Below the pieces are notes generated by a model. It saw only the letters and a list, made by a program, of their open reading frames with translations. It had not been told where the DNA came from and did not search any database. Source: Laetmonice hystrix (lineage: Eukaryota). Taken from it: a DNA stretch of 64,000 nucleotides. The position numbers and the translations under genes were made by a program. The stretch spans positions 37,078,001 through 37,142,000 of the forward strand of contig OZ249436.1 in assembly GCA_965235115.1 (NCBI GenBank), given 5' to 3'. Positions within the stretch are counted from its first letter, which is position 1, and each line of letters begins with the position of its first letter. This document shows positions 25,641 to 38,951 of this stretch, piece after piece.

Positions 25641-27082
25641 TTTTCCTGATTCTTTAAAGTATTCATAACATCGCTCAGAGTTGATTTGTGTATTCATCGC
25701 GGTAGTCACCTATAATATTAAAAAAAGAAAATACCAGTGTATACTTTAAAATATCCTATTTATATTCATGTCAGTGGTTCTGATATCACCAGACAAACTT
25801 CGGGAGTTCATCATAGCCACATCATGTGTAGTTTAGGACGCCGATGTTTGGCAAATCGGTTTGGAGTAATGTTGTGATCTCTTTGGTCGTATACGCATTG
25901 GTTGAAGGAGCAGGGGGTGCAAAAACCTAGAGTTTGACCTTTCTGGAAGGGATCGCCTCCCCAAACGGGCTCAGCAGATTGGAAACCCTTTAAAACGCTA
26001 ACAGCGCGACACTGGCGCCGCCAAGGCCGGATATTCGCGCCATGAAAGTTTAGTCCGGGCAGAAAGGGCGCTCCGAAAATCCTGGTAGCAGATAGTGACA
26101 ACAGTTAAAGCCAGGCCCCCGGGAGGACGCAGATATGCGCCGAACCAACCGCAGTGCGGGACATGGCAGACTGCGAAGGTCACCCAGAACAGAGGAGACG
26201 CAGAAAGTAGACTTGGCGCGGTAGAAAAGGATAAGCACCGGCTTAGCCCATTTTGAAGAGGATTCCCTAGGCATAGCACGAATAAGGGGAAAGGGGCGTG
26301 GAACTTAGCTGACGAAGCGAGAAGTAACATCTGGCAAGGCTAAGTGGAGATTGATTAAAAAAAGACCCACTGGAAAAGCAGAAGCTGTATTATACCGTGT
26401 TTGGGATCATAAGGAGAGGGCCCTGTCACTTGAGAATCTTAATCAATAACGGAAGATTGCGGGTCTTCAATCAGTGGAGGTGTTAATTTTATACTGCACC
26501 AATATCCCTGTGAAATATTCTCATTGCACTTTAGATATCTCAATGGTGAAACAATGATATTTCATTTCGAAGAGACAAATAATTATGGGAACAGCATGCA
26601 TTTTATGTCTGTATGAATAGATAATAATATTCGCAAGACAGGCCATTGGAGAGGGATACTCCCTGAGCCTCTATCGTTCCGTGATCTCTGTGGCCAGCGG
26701 TTGCATCTGCTTGCTTCCCCCCTCAAGTCCTCTGATACTTACCCGAGCTATGGCCGCCGACGACCTCCACCTCCTATCTCCATATCACCGTTGTGATCGA
26801 AACAGATCCATTCCGGAGATTTAGAGGTATTTAATCCAAGCTGCTTAAGCAGCGAGAAGAGTACATTGGGAGCCATTTGTAAGCAGTCCGACAGGGATAG
26901 CCTGCCTGCATCTAAACGCTGGTTCGATGGTGAGGACCGCCCGCCGCCACGTCGTTATGCGAGTGGTGCGGCTTTTCTACTCTCTACACGTTCAGGAACA
27001 TTGCCATTTCTTGTATTTGGAGAGAGCTATACGACTAGTTTGTTAAAATATAAGAGATGGTAAATTGCTTTTATTGCATTAA

Positions 27083-27143
27083 GGAGAGAGAGAGAGAGGG
27101 AGAGAGAGAGAGGGGGGAGAGAGAGGGCAGACAGAGAGACAGA
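27083..27143. repeat. (GA)n microsatellite
   Basis: Direct inspection. Confidence 0.9.
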
Positions 27144-27167
27144 AACAGCGGGAGTGAGAAAGTTGAT

Positions 27168-27271
27168 GTTTTACGCAGTGTCAGCAGCCAAGGCCATCTT
27201 CACGGCAAAAACAAGGTGAACCCAGAAAAAGGTGACAATTAAGATCCTATTGCCTCCTGGGTTCCCACGGG
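27168..27271 (-). mobile_element. Short retroposon family B copy
   Basis: TTTTACGCAGTGTCAGCAGCCAAGGCCATCTTCACGGCAAAAACA...GGGTTCCCACGGG, homologous to 54066-54186. Confidence 0.6.
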
Positions 27272-30200
27272 AACTATTACACCAAGTAATTCGTGTAAAT
27301 TATCCTCTCACATGGAATTTTCGGACGATACATTATCACAAGGTACTTTTTCTCGTCATTTAGTAATCCATTAAAGCGACATCGTTAGTATCTTCGAGAA
27401 TAAAACACTTACCTGTCCCCTATAACAACCTATTGACATATATATGAAGACAAACTGTCACTGCAATACTGCAGTATGATGATTTTTGTTAACTAAAACT
27501 CGGACCGAAGCTAAAACATGATGATTAGCAGGAGTTTGAATTTGCCTCCGCTCTCCGAAAGGGGCGCTGCAAATGGCGTCGAACAACATTCCATAATAGT
27601 ACTAGGTCTTCATTTATCGGCCATATCTGATCATCATCATACGCTTGCTGTGCTCGTGGCATTGAAATAGATCGGTGGATAGCCTTGAAACCCCACGCTC
27701 CGACTAGTCCGAGCGTCACCTGAGAGGGTGAGAGTCACTGAAACTCAGCGTGGGAATTCCGCCGTTATACGGTTATCCGAAATGGCCAAGCGGTTCGAAG
27801 GTAGAGCGTTAGATTGCAACGGAGCCAGCTGAGCGTTCTCACATTACATTTGGTTGGTCTCACTTCAATTTATTTGAGTTTTACATGTGACACTAAGCTG
27901 ATTTATATGGCAGGGTGTCGATATTACAGGTTTTAAAAACAGTGGACTTTTAAAATAACGTGTGTGCACGACCACCAATACTAGGCCTATACATCTATAC
28001 GCCTGAACGAAAAATGAGAAGGAACAATTCTAATCTACATGACCGCATCATTTCCTATAAAGGTAAGGCTGGGTCAGTACAGAAAAGGTTGTTGAATATG
28101 TGATATGTCATCTTCACTGTTTGGTAACAAAAGCAGGTGTTCGAATGATAGAGGACTACACGGGTCATATACTTTCATTGTTGTGCGCAGTTAATCGGCG
28201 AATCGTTTCCCCCAACCGTCCATGTTGAGGGAAGCCATAATGAATATGGGGGGCGTTTCACAACCTGTCGTTATCTTGTCGTATCGTTAAAGCCAATGTA
28301 GTTGCAGTGGAGAATTTAGCGTGCCCCTGTTCTTTTGTCAGTTGCAGATGACGGATTCAGGCCAGACACAGTTCTGTCCAAAAAGTTCTGTCATGCCAAA
28401 GTAACATGTGCTTATACTCGGCTGTTCCAACAGTAGATTCCGCAAGAGGTTCTTTTAATACTCAATGATTAGTACAGAAAGCCCCTTTGAGGGTAGAGGT
28501 AATCGATAGCTAAAGTACCCGGACAAGGCACAACGACGATGACATTACTGGGCACCTCGTTGGTGGCGGATTATGAAAAGACAGCTGCCAAGACTGCAAA
28601 GTCTTCTTGTCGCTTACATCAGTGCTTTTCAAAGCTTTTTGCTTCTTGCGTCTGTTTTTATAACTTTGCACAGCCGGAAAGGTATAGCACGATGGCTTTC
28701 CGCCATCTTCTTTGCAAGTAAGGTCAAGAGTATATAGCACCGTATATTATTAAATATATGATCCCACAAAGTCTTATAATATCCGTAAAAATAAAGATCC
28801 CAGGTTACAAGAAATACAGCAAATGGTCATACAAGATTATTTTTAGTGCCTCCACTATGTATACGTTTTTATTTTGTTGACTGTGATAGAAGGGCATGGG
28901 GGCGTTCGTCTAGATGTATTAAATTGAGAGCCAGGCGGGCCATGGGGCAAAGGTGACGTTTTAATATACACCTTGACTGAGGACAGCAGTATGAGCCTGG
29001 GACATGAAATATCGGTCCACTCGGCGCTTTAGGCGGGAGAAAGACTAGATTCGCCATGCTGTATTCTCATGTATTCTTTAGAATATGACATAGTTTATCC
29101 AATAATCCTATTTAACATGCGCCTTGATGAAAATGCGCGGGTCGAGAAAAACTGCATATACCTTAGCAACGTAATAGCAAAAATTCTCTCATATCAATCA
29201 AAATGATTGCTTTTTTAGATGAAAATCTCATAAATTATGAGTCTAATTTCTCTGAGGTCTCAGTTCAATATTATATAATATTTCGATCACAAGTTCACTT
29301 GGACAAAAACGTGCGAATTCATAGTACGAATTCATAGTGTGTTTCTTAGACATTATCCGATAAATGAAGGTGCCTGCCCTTTAAGACGTTCCTCGAAATC
29401 GCAATTGCCGCACATCAGGCTGGTGTCACTACAGGTCATTGTCTTGTTATCAACTAAAAGCCGCACATGTGTTTAATCACATCAACGTCCTTAGAATCTC
29501 CATTTGGTAGATAATACAAATCATGGGCACGTGTTGAGGGTCGATGAGTGACGATTCCTTTAAAGTCGGAAGTACTTCACACACCCTGAAGGGGAGGGGG
29601 GGGTCATTCGGATGATAGGGGAGATAAGTTATATTCTGATAAAGTGTGTATGTGATATAGGAACAATCTGTTTCATACGCATGGCAGCATTAGCTGTAGC
29701 CTCCTCAAAATTGTAGATCCATCACAGCGAGGGTAACTGAGGCACCGGATTCCCTACGAATGCGATTTATAGCATATGGTGCATGAAACACTATAAATGT
29801 CACATAACTTGGACAAGAACCCTTTATACTAAATGGGCAAGACAGTAACTTGACATGGTGTTGGGCAATAACCGTAATCTATCAAACGACATCCAAGAGG
29901 CATGGTTGGGATAAGGGGAATTAATTAACGGGAAGATTTAATGTGAATTTTAAAACAAAAAGATTAATCATTCTGGTCACCAATGATACACAATACAACA
30001 TTCCTAAATTATCACATTTTTAAGCACGATTGATTCCTTCGCCTATAAATTAAGCCAAACAGGTTTGATGCCTAAATCCTTACAAAAATAAATGCCACAT
30101 TGGAGATTGTGATTCATCAGTTGTATCACCAAATCTATTCTTGTCCTTTTCTACATTGAAAGGAGACCGATGTTTTGTTGTTGCCATAAGACTTAGATGC

Positions 30201-33037
30201 CACTGTGTTAAATAACGTTAAATTATCTCTTCACCCTGTATAAGACGCTAGTCGTGTAAAATGTGGCTTCGTTGATGAAAATCGTTTTTAACGCAGACAC
30301 TGCAGATTGTAAGACGTGTTCCTTAATCTAAGCAAATGGTGCGACAAAGCGACGATTGTATATGATATATTGCCAACTTTTTTACTCTTGGTCATATGAT
30401 TTCCAGGCGGGCTTGACGATAAAAACAAATTTGAGTGATCATGTCTAGAGACTTGGCAAAGTATTATAGATTCTGATAACTTATACGTCAGTTGAGAAAG
30501 AGAACAGGGCGAACGTGCTTACTTATGCGTCTTTTGGAGCAAAGGAACATAGGTTTGGTTGGACGGTATACGCAATCCATCATTGTAAGAAGGCTGAGGC
30601 CGCGGACTGTAGCGCTCAGTCTAGTCTTGCTGCTCTGACCAGCCTAGCGGTGGCGTATGCGAAAGGCAACCTCGGCCTTTGTGAGCCTCTACCCTTGAAC
30701 GTTGCTAGAAGCAACGCCGCCGGAACCACTTTGGATAGAATACTGTCTACAAATGATAGCGTTTCTGCAAACAGCAATGCATCATCTTGTATGCTATCAG
30801 GCGACAGATTCTAGCCTACAATATCATCCGATTATATTTGTTCACATTCTGTCCTTGATAAGAGGAATTGTGTCCGGGCCACCGTCACATGATCCCCAGG
30901 GTAATATTTGTACTAAGTGTGGGACCACAATAGACAATGGAGCTTTTGATAAAAATGGATGACCAGACTCATTGCCCTGCAAGCGTAATTGCTTCCTTGA
31001 ATTGGAGACAATTGAGGATAATGGATTTAGGCCTGGTTCAGACGTCTAGCTTTTGGACTAGTGGAGCGTTCAGACATGTACACTATGGGCAATGGTGACA
31101 TCAGAATCGCTAGTTACCAACCACTCAACTCTTCGACTGAGTTCGATTCCTGAGGTACATGTGTATAGAGAGGTGTTTGTCAGCTGCATAATGTCGTTAC
31201 TAGATGAGGAAGGACTCCTGCATTCCGGTTTTATCCGGGGAAAACCACAAAAGAGTATCTATAGTTATGGTTATTCTCATAAAATGTTACATGTATTTGA
31301 TAAAAACAGGCATGGAAATAGTAAGAAAAAAAGGAATAGGCGAATTTCAAAACACAAACCCCATGTTGCAATGCGAGGAGGCAGTCACTGGAAAGGGGCC
31401 ATCTAACAATCTGCACGATCTCTAATAGCTAATAGCATCCATTTATGGTGATTATCTTGCGTGTTGGCTAATAAAGATAACCTATAATGGTCCTACAATA
31501 AAAGGAGAGCCTGTCGATCGCAATAAATGTCAGAAGATACGGCACCGTTTAACCTAGATTTATTATACCCTATGTCATCCCGTGGAGTTCAGCTGCTATG
31601 ACTGATATGAATATATATGTTTTAGTAGAGTGATGTTTTAGACTATTCGATCTGGTTCCTGTACACTCTCGAAAGATCCCAGACTAACGCTCTTTAACAA
31701 GTACCACTGCGCTAGTTCGATTCCCCAGAACCAGACAGGGTCACAAGTCAAGAACGTTTCTCGTGATGTGACTCACTACTCGTGCTACTCGGGTAATCAC
31801 TTACTTTTTATTCCATATTTTGTGTCTAATGCAACACGGTCCAAACTGAAACGGTCGCTTTGTGATGGAGAGAATAGGAGTATCCCGAAAAGGGAAACAC
31901 CTGCAGCAAGTATGCCTGACACTGACAACCTTCAGAGGAGGAGGGGGTGCTATCCTCGTGTCCCGGAAAGATATTTGCCCGAACCCGTATATCAATAGTG
32001 ATTTTACGTTTGTTCCTTTTATTCCTGTAGACTCTGACCTGTTTCCCCGGACTTAAAATCTCCTTGTCTCGATCCCGACGTCCTGAAATAGCCGCCCCCT
32101 TCTTACACAACACAAGGGGGATTCTAACCCACAGGTGAAAAGCCCCTTGATCACCCGCGGAACAAAACACACACACAATGTCAGACCGTTGAGCTATTGT
32201 GGCCGCCCACAAGGCAGATTTGACATTGGAAACACTACAAATTTGACATTGGAAACACTACAAGAGAACTGCCTCATATAATCCCATCTGGGAGAATGAT
32301 TGATCTCTCGAACAGTGATCAGTTCTCCGACCTCGACATTGAATAATATCTTTAGACCTTGCGGTTTTAACGGCGTACTATTTGATAGTGCATACTGCAT
32401 GGAATATTACAATATTGCACCCACTTGATCAGGACAGAGAGGACAATGCATCATTCCAGTATTTGTCAGACTTCCTACAGTCTCTGGTCCATCCAGCTCT
32501 ACTCAAGTACAGAGCTCAACTGGTTATCATTCGGGGACTCCCGAGCTATAATTAGGCACTATATACGTCTTTGTAATTTGAGTTGCTATAGTTTTCATCA
32601 TGACTTTACGTAATAATGTGCATGTATTAGGCAGCAAATATTGACAAAGCTGTCGTGATGGAAATATGTGGTTGACGCGGGGATTGGGAAGAGCTTAGAG
32701 TATTTATAAGGCACTCTTTGCGTGACTCCCCACGATTAGGGTCAGACTGCTGATCACAGTTCTCAAGCTATAGTAGAGGGGGCGCCAGGAAGTTGGGTAG
32801 TCTACGTATATTTCTCGTTTGGAAGCTTCTCCTGGCTGTCATGTTAAGTAGACCATCAGCGGAAGGTCATTATTACCCTGGCGGACATGATCGAGCATAG
32901 ACACCGATGCATTGCTTATAATTGGAGACTGACCAATGTGCTCCTTAATCAAAATGGTAGCATCCGTATCTATACATATTCATTAAAGTATTTGCAAAAT
33001 GCATTGAGTTGATCTTCTACTTTGGCCTTGTGATATA

Positions 33038-33806
33038 CAGTAGAACCTCACAAATACGACCACCTCAGGGACTGGCCGAAAGTGGTCGTAATTCTGAGAT
33101 GGTCGTAATTCTGAAATTTGACCTGGATTAGAAGGGTTTTGGGTATAGGGGGGCCTATCATTTAACCTGGATTAGGGATGCTCATAGGTATATCAGCATG
33201 ATATCAGTAAAGGATGCCATAGACAAAGATTCATGGGCCTACATTTACATACATGTATAGTCCTCCTCTATCCTTTTCCAGTGTTTATTTGCATGAAGAG
33301 AAAGACCAACTTGAAACACTCTAAAACTTGGGAATAACTGAAAACTATGACAAGACTGAGTTGGATGAACAGGAACAAGTGTGTGGGATACAAAAATCAG
33401 TCTCGGTTTATAGTGACTCAAGTAGGGTCTAGGTGGACTGAAACACCTCGGCCCATTAATCCAAGTCGCACCTCCCATTGTGTTCATAAAGTCTCTACAA
33501 ACACTGCTGTTATTTAGGGTCAAGGTGGGCAGAAGCCGGGTCTGTTAATCCAAGTCGCACCTCCCATTGTCTTACAACTACATAAACACTGCCAGCCACT
33601 CCATCTGGTCACTGACTGGTCGTTATTGTGAGGTTGAATCCAATTTGGGACTGAAATAAGTGGTCGTAAAAGTGAATTCCGAGGTGGTCGTATTTCTGAA
33701 ACTTAAATGCATTGAAAATATAGGGATAATTTTGGGACTGCTCAAAAGTGGTCGTATTTTTGAGGTGGTCTTATTTCTGAGGTGGTCGTTAGGTGAGGTT
33801 CTACTG
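33038..33806. mobile_element. Tc1/mariner (pogo/Tigger-like) MITE
   Basis: TA|CAGTAGAACCTCAC...GTGAGGTTCTACTG|TA, with subterminal GAGGTGGTCGTA repeats. Confidence 0.9.
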
Positions 33807-34151
33807 TATTGTAGAGCCGTGCCCTTTTGGAAATGTTTTGTTCTTTATGGTTCCTAATTCTAATCATGTATTAGAGGGGGTCTCGTTTTTCATGGGTCAC
33901 TAAATGTATGAAACAGACAATAAGCCCAATGAGTACAAATATGAACTAGACATCATGATTGCAAGCAATACACTAATCCCATTTCCTCCGGACGTCATGA
34001 GGAAAACGCCAGGTGCCATTCATATGCTATCAAGTAACTAAAGTGGCCCATAGCCTTACCACTCTGCCATCTTGGTTTTACTGTCACTGTCAGTCCTGGA
34101 ACCTTTGTCCCAAATCTCAGAAAGGGTAATTGACAGAGGTCAAGTTATGGG

Positions 34152-34898
34152 AAAATTATCTCTGAAAACCATGTATGTCAAAATATTTCATAACTATGAT
34201 TTTGACAAGGCCTCATATCCTGCCTGGTGGTGTTTTGGTATTCAGAGTCTGAAAAATGAGGAAAAAAAATTCCATATTTGGTGGGATTCGAACCCATGAT
34301 CTCCGGCCTTTAGGTCGGGCATGCTACCAACTCAGCTATTGAGACTCACGCTTGTAGAGGTACCTAGGTCCTATTTGAAATAGGTGGATGACGTCATGAC
34401 ACAAAAGAGTGACGTCACAGAAAAAAGTTTGCATAAATCTAGCTCAGCATCCTATCCTCTTTAAGCCTATTAAGTTTCGTTAAGATCTGTTAAAAACTGC
34501 CAGAGATATGACCGATTTCTGGTAAACTTTATCTTTGAGAACCATGTATGTCAAAACATTTCATAACTATGACTGTGACAAGGCCTCATATGCTGCCTGG
34601 TGGTGCTTTGGTTTTCAGAGTGTGAAAAATGAGAAAAAAGTTTTTGTACTTGGTGGGATTCGAACCGATGATCTCCAGCCTTTAGGTCGGGCATGCTACC
34701 CACTCAGCTATTGAGACTCACGGGTATAGAGGTACCTGGGTCCTATTTGAAATAGGTGGATGACTTCATGACACAAAAAAGTGACGTCACAGAAAAAAGT
34801 TTGCATAAATCTAGCTCAGCATCCCATCCTCTTTAAGCCTACCAAGTTTCATTAAGATCTGTTAAAAACTGCCAGAGATATGACCGATTTCTGGTAAA
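34152..34898 (+). repeat. Two tandem ~372-bp units, each with a tRNA-like cassette
   Basis: 34152-34523 and 34524-34898 align end to end. A diverged third unit lies at about 36100-36500. Confidence 0.9.
34272..34346 (-). pseudogene. tRNA-derived cassette (A and B box); further copies at ~34645-34718, ~36170-36210 (partial) and ~36240-36314
   Basis: Reverse complement GTCTCAATAGCTGAGTTGGTAGCATGCCCGACCTAAAGGCCGGAGATCATGGGTTCGAATCCCACCAA has A box TAGCTGAGTTGG and T-arm TGGG-TTCGAAT-CCCA. Acceptor and anticodon arms are degenerate. Confidence 0.7.
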
Positions 34899-35500
34899 CT
34901 GACCAAAAAATCAAACTTTGATGTCACGTGATTCAGTGAAAAAAGGTCCGATCGCTAAACAACGGCCCCACAATTTTAAGCTATCCACTAGGAACATCCA
35001 GAAGTGGTTTGGTCAAGATTTTCATAAAAATGAGAGAGTAGTAAGGATTTAACCATATTGTGACCTTTGACCCGAATCTCAGAAAGGGTAATGATCGAAG
35101 GTCAAGTTATGGAACAAGTATCTTAGAGAACCATCCACGAAGAGGATCTATAACCAATATTTCCCCAAGTAACAGTAGTTTTGTGTTGGGAGTTGATAAA
35201 TTGATGCTCCATGTGACGTGTTTGAGACGTCATAAAACCAAGACATGACGTCGCATGAAGTCCTGCTTCATATGCACAGATCTTCATCCCATGATGAACC
35301 CTCCCTGCAAGTTTCAACCTGCTATCTTAAAAAGTGACCGAGATATACACTTTGTCTTACAACAGGAATAATAACTAGTCAGGCTTGTTGCAGGCAACAA
35401 TGGATCCCATTCCCTGTTAATGGTTAATTCCATGATGGTTAAGAATTAAAACAAAACATTTATTGCATTTCTTGCATGCAAAGGGTAATTTTTGCTGAAT

Positions 35501-35709
35501 TTAATCCTCCATAAAGAGTTCTTCAACATGGAATCCATGGTTGCCTTCACAGATCACTGCTCGGCGTCACATACTTTCGATTGCTCTGGTTACCATATCA
35601 TGCAGAATTTCTTGAAAAGCTATGATTATGGGATTGCGAAGTTCATCAAGTGTTCCTGGGGGACTGGTGTACACCTTGGTTTTCACATAACCCCAGAGAA
35701 AAAATGGTT
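35501..35709 (-). pseudogene. C-terminal fragment of an IS630-Tc1-mariner transposase
   Basis: FFLWGYVKTKVYTSPPGTLDELRNPIIIAFQEILHDMVTRAIESM*RRAVICEGNHGFHVEELFMED*, the classic region downstream of the last catalytic residue, with one in-frame stop. Confidence 0.85.
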
Positions 35710-38224
35710 TTAATTTTGTGAGCAATTTTGTCAAAACATTTCCACATAAATAAAGTTTTGACTGTTTCCAAACCTGTGATCTGTACCTGACAAATGGCAT
35801 AGGTCAGAGGTCAAATGAATTTTAACATTTAGAGACCCCTAAGGGGCACGAAGATGGCATAAAAGAATTCTGGATAGCTTTTCCTGGTGCAGTACCAGGT
35901 TGCACTATTCATAATGTATTCATGACGTCATGGTGTCACATGATGTATTATTATATAAGTCGAGGAATTCCTCCTGTGGTCAATTTTTACTGCAAGTTTC
36001 ATCCAGATAACTCGAAAAATGAGTTAGAAACCGCTACTGTCTCAGTACTCCAATTCTATATCAAAAATTAATAAAGAAAAAAAAACATGACAACATTTCC
36101 CCTGCCTAGGCCTCCTAAGCATTTAAAGAGATGAGCTGTACTGTCTGACAAGAAAAACGAAAAAAAAAATCTGTCCTTGGTGGGAATTGAACCCATGATC
36201 TTCAGCCTTTGTGACAAGAAAAACGAAAAAAAAAAGATCTGCCCTTGGTGGGAATTGAACCCATGATCTTCAGCCGTTATGTCGGGTGTATTACCCACTG
36301 AGCTATCGAGGATCACATCTATTTAACTACTGAAGTCCTATTTTAATTAGGTGGATGACGTCACTGTTACGTCATTGAAGAAAATTTGCATAAATTTGGC
36401 TCTGCATCCCACCCTGTTAAAGCACACGAAGTTTCATTGGGATCGGTCGAAAACTGGTTGAGCTATGACTTAATTCTGGTACACTGGCCAAAGAACCAAA
36501 TTTTGATGTCAGGTGACTGGGTCATATGACGTCACATTTCAAAAATTTTGGCATCAGTCGATCAGCCCCAATATGGAGAAGGTATAAACCAAAGCAGGAG
36601 AAGAGTCTGCGAAAAATGAAAGAGGAGAAACATTTTGACTGTTATCTATGTTTTGACCTTCAAGTCAGACAGGTCATAGGACAGAGGTCAAACTGATGAA
36701 GAAAATTATTGCCCCCTAAGTGCTAAGGCCCTGCTTTGAATGACTTTTGGCTAGATGCTCTTGGTACTCGAAGATGAGGTGGCTTCCATGCCCTTAAAAA
36801 CCGTCTTTATGACGTCATAACGTCATGACGGTATGTCATATGACTTGACGCAAAATGATATGAGCTCTTAGGCCCATGATCTATGGTTCGGCCAAGTTTC
36901 ATTGAGATATTCTGAAAACTTGTTGAGATATGACCCTTGTCTTACAACCACAATAATAATAATAATAATAATAAAGTACACGCAAACACGACAACTTCAA
37001 AATCCCATTCCCCTGTACAGGGGAATGGGATAATAATAATAATAGTGTAGACGAAACCATACAAAATCAAAATCCCATTTCCCCGTCAGGGAAATGGGAT
37101 AATCAAATCTAAGAAATATACTGGCACCCTTCCTGCGGTCCTAACTATCTTAGAGTCACAACAGTCATAGTTTACACTCTAAACTATTGCACATCCTGCT
37201 ATACAGACCCGTCAAGGACTGAAATGAGTTGATGTTTGGGAAAGAAAACAAAAGCTATAGCAGGGTGTGGTTTGACTGTACTCTACAATACATTAAGGTT
37301 AATAATCTGCGATATGCCAGCATGTAGTAGAGATGATTGGGGAGTGTGACAAGATGAGGCGATATACGATTGGTGCACATTCAGCTAAAACAAGGGTGAG
37401 GTAGGTCACCTGTACGTCCAGTCATAATCACTCACTTTATTTGTGAAGACGAATTGAAAGAAGCACGGTGTTCCTTCCACCATCTTGTTTCTAAGAGATC
37501 TCATAATAATGAATTGCAAAATGAAATTGCAAAGTTTCAAACAGGTGACATAGGCATATCAACAGAGTCTGACGTGGTAACTACAATTTGATATTCTGTT
37601 GATATCTCACTTCCTGCAACCCCCTAATATTTTGTATGTCATTATTGATTTTGGATGATATCCCATTATGCCACAACTTCCTTCCGTCGTCCCCTCCCCT
37701 CAAAGTAAAACGAGTTGTCCTTCTATTGACCCGACTTCCCGACGGAATAACGACGCGTGTTTCTTGCCTCCAGGGATATCAAGTGGAGTCCCTCCTTCTT
37801 GTGTTAAGACACCGTATAGTTCAGATTACACAAGTGGGAATAACTTTACCATTGTTCAGGTACGCGAGAACACTTTTCAAATGGATATGAGGGATAAGGT
37901 AACGTTCTCCACATTGTTCTTCTGTTCCATAGGCCTATTGTGATACAGTAACCCACTGTATCTCTACCTCCTGTATCTCTTACCGTTGCTAAATAATTGG
38001 GTTATCCTTCTCTTTCTCTATCGTGTATGAACCTGGCAGTATTTTATTTTCGCTAGGAATATTACTGAAAAAACCACCGACAGAGTGCAAGGCCCTAATT
38101 TCTTTCCACTCACCTTATGCCATGCAATATACATTTACCTTTGCCTCAACATTTCCACCTACCGGAATTACGTTTGGTAGTTTGATGCTACTGCTGATCG
38201 TCCTAAAAAGGTTTGCTCCATTAA

Positions 38225-38292
38225 AGAGAGAGAGAGAGAGAAACAGAGAGAGAGACAGAGAAAGAGACAGAGAGACGGAGTGAGAGAGAGAG
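38225..38292. repeat. (GA)n/(GACA) microsatellite
   Basis: Direct inspection. Confidence 0.9.
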
Positions 38293-38734
38293 TTTAGTCA
38301 GTGGGTATTGAAGACCTCTCACTGATTTAAAAGGCTATCAATCAACCTTATTCTTCATCCACATTCCTGCACCTATTAGATGGCATGATGATGGCTTCAG
38401 TCGAACCAACCAAATTGCAACCTTAGAGTTAGCCATTTTACGGTCGCATTGCCTAAACTGCTTCAACACGAAATGGTCATATATTCTTAAAAGTGGGGCG
38501 GATGCAACTGGAAACCGCAAATTAAGGGCAACCTCAGACAAGTCCTTTGACTAACTACCTGACTGCATGTCAGGACGGAAGCACCACCAAACCGAGGGGA
38601 GGCCATACCCAGACTGTGATTTCCTATATTAGAACTGCAGCAACATTCTGATATGAATATCATTACCAGGGACTCGAGCTATTTTTGAGCGTAAATCAGA
38701 ATGTGTCAGTCAGGCACATTAGATCGGTTGTGTC

Positions 38735-38951
38735 TGTGGTAGGGAATTTTCTATGTGTATATATATAGCACGGCCTAATTAAAATAAAAATAGTTATGGA
38801 TTTAAAATAAACTGAACTTATGGTAATGGCTACCATGGCTACCATAGGTGATGCTGACCGGCGCGCTCAGTGTGGTAAGAGTGGCCGGTCCTAACAACTG
38901 TTTTTAATTAGGCCGTGCTATATATATACACATAGAAAATTCCCTACCACA
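38735..38951. mobile_element. Ginger-like MITE (TGT...ACA ends, 4-bp TSD)
   Basis: TGTC|TGTGGTAGGGAATTTTC...GAAAATTCCCTACCACA|TGTC, with 50-bp perfect TIRs. Confidence 0.85.

Larger units (their letters stand above)
33974..37103 (+). mobile_element. Composite of Helentron/HINE-like non-autonomous elements
   Basis: Left motif AATCCCATTTCC. Right ends carry (AAT)n and the palindromes ATCCCATTCCCCTGTACAGGGGAATGGGAT (37002-37031) and ATCCCATTTCCC-cgtca-GGGAAATGGGAT (37072-37100). Internal tandem repeats contain TGACC/AAGTTTCA motifs. No TSD seen. Confidence 0.65.

Noticed and set aside
25454..25709. ER-rich ORFs (also at 27057, 38023 and 63389)
   Set aside because: Translations of (GA)/(CT) microsatellites.
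24666..26330. GC-rich ORFs of 96-129 aa
   Set aside because: No recognisable domain, overlapping frames, and no coherent splice structure.
30620..30810. Minus-strand DDALLFAETL..., weakly RT-like; similarly NADDATAMV near 16260
   Set aside because: Too short and degenerate to support without a search.
34272..34346. Functional tRNA gene
   Set aside because: The acceptor stem is unpaired and the anticodon loop is irregular; kept only as a tRNA-derived cassette.
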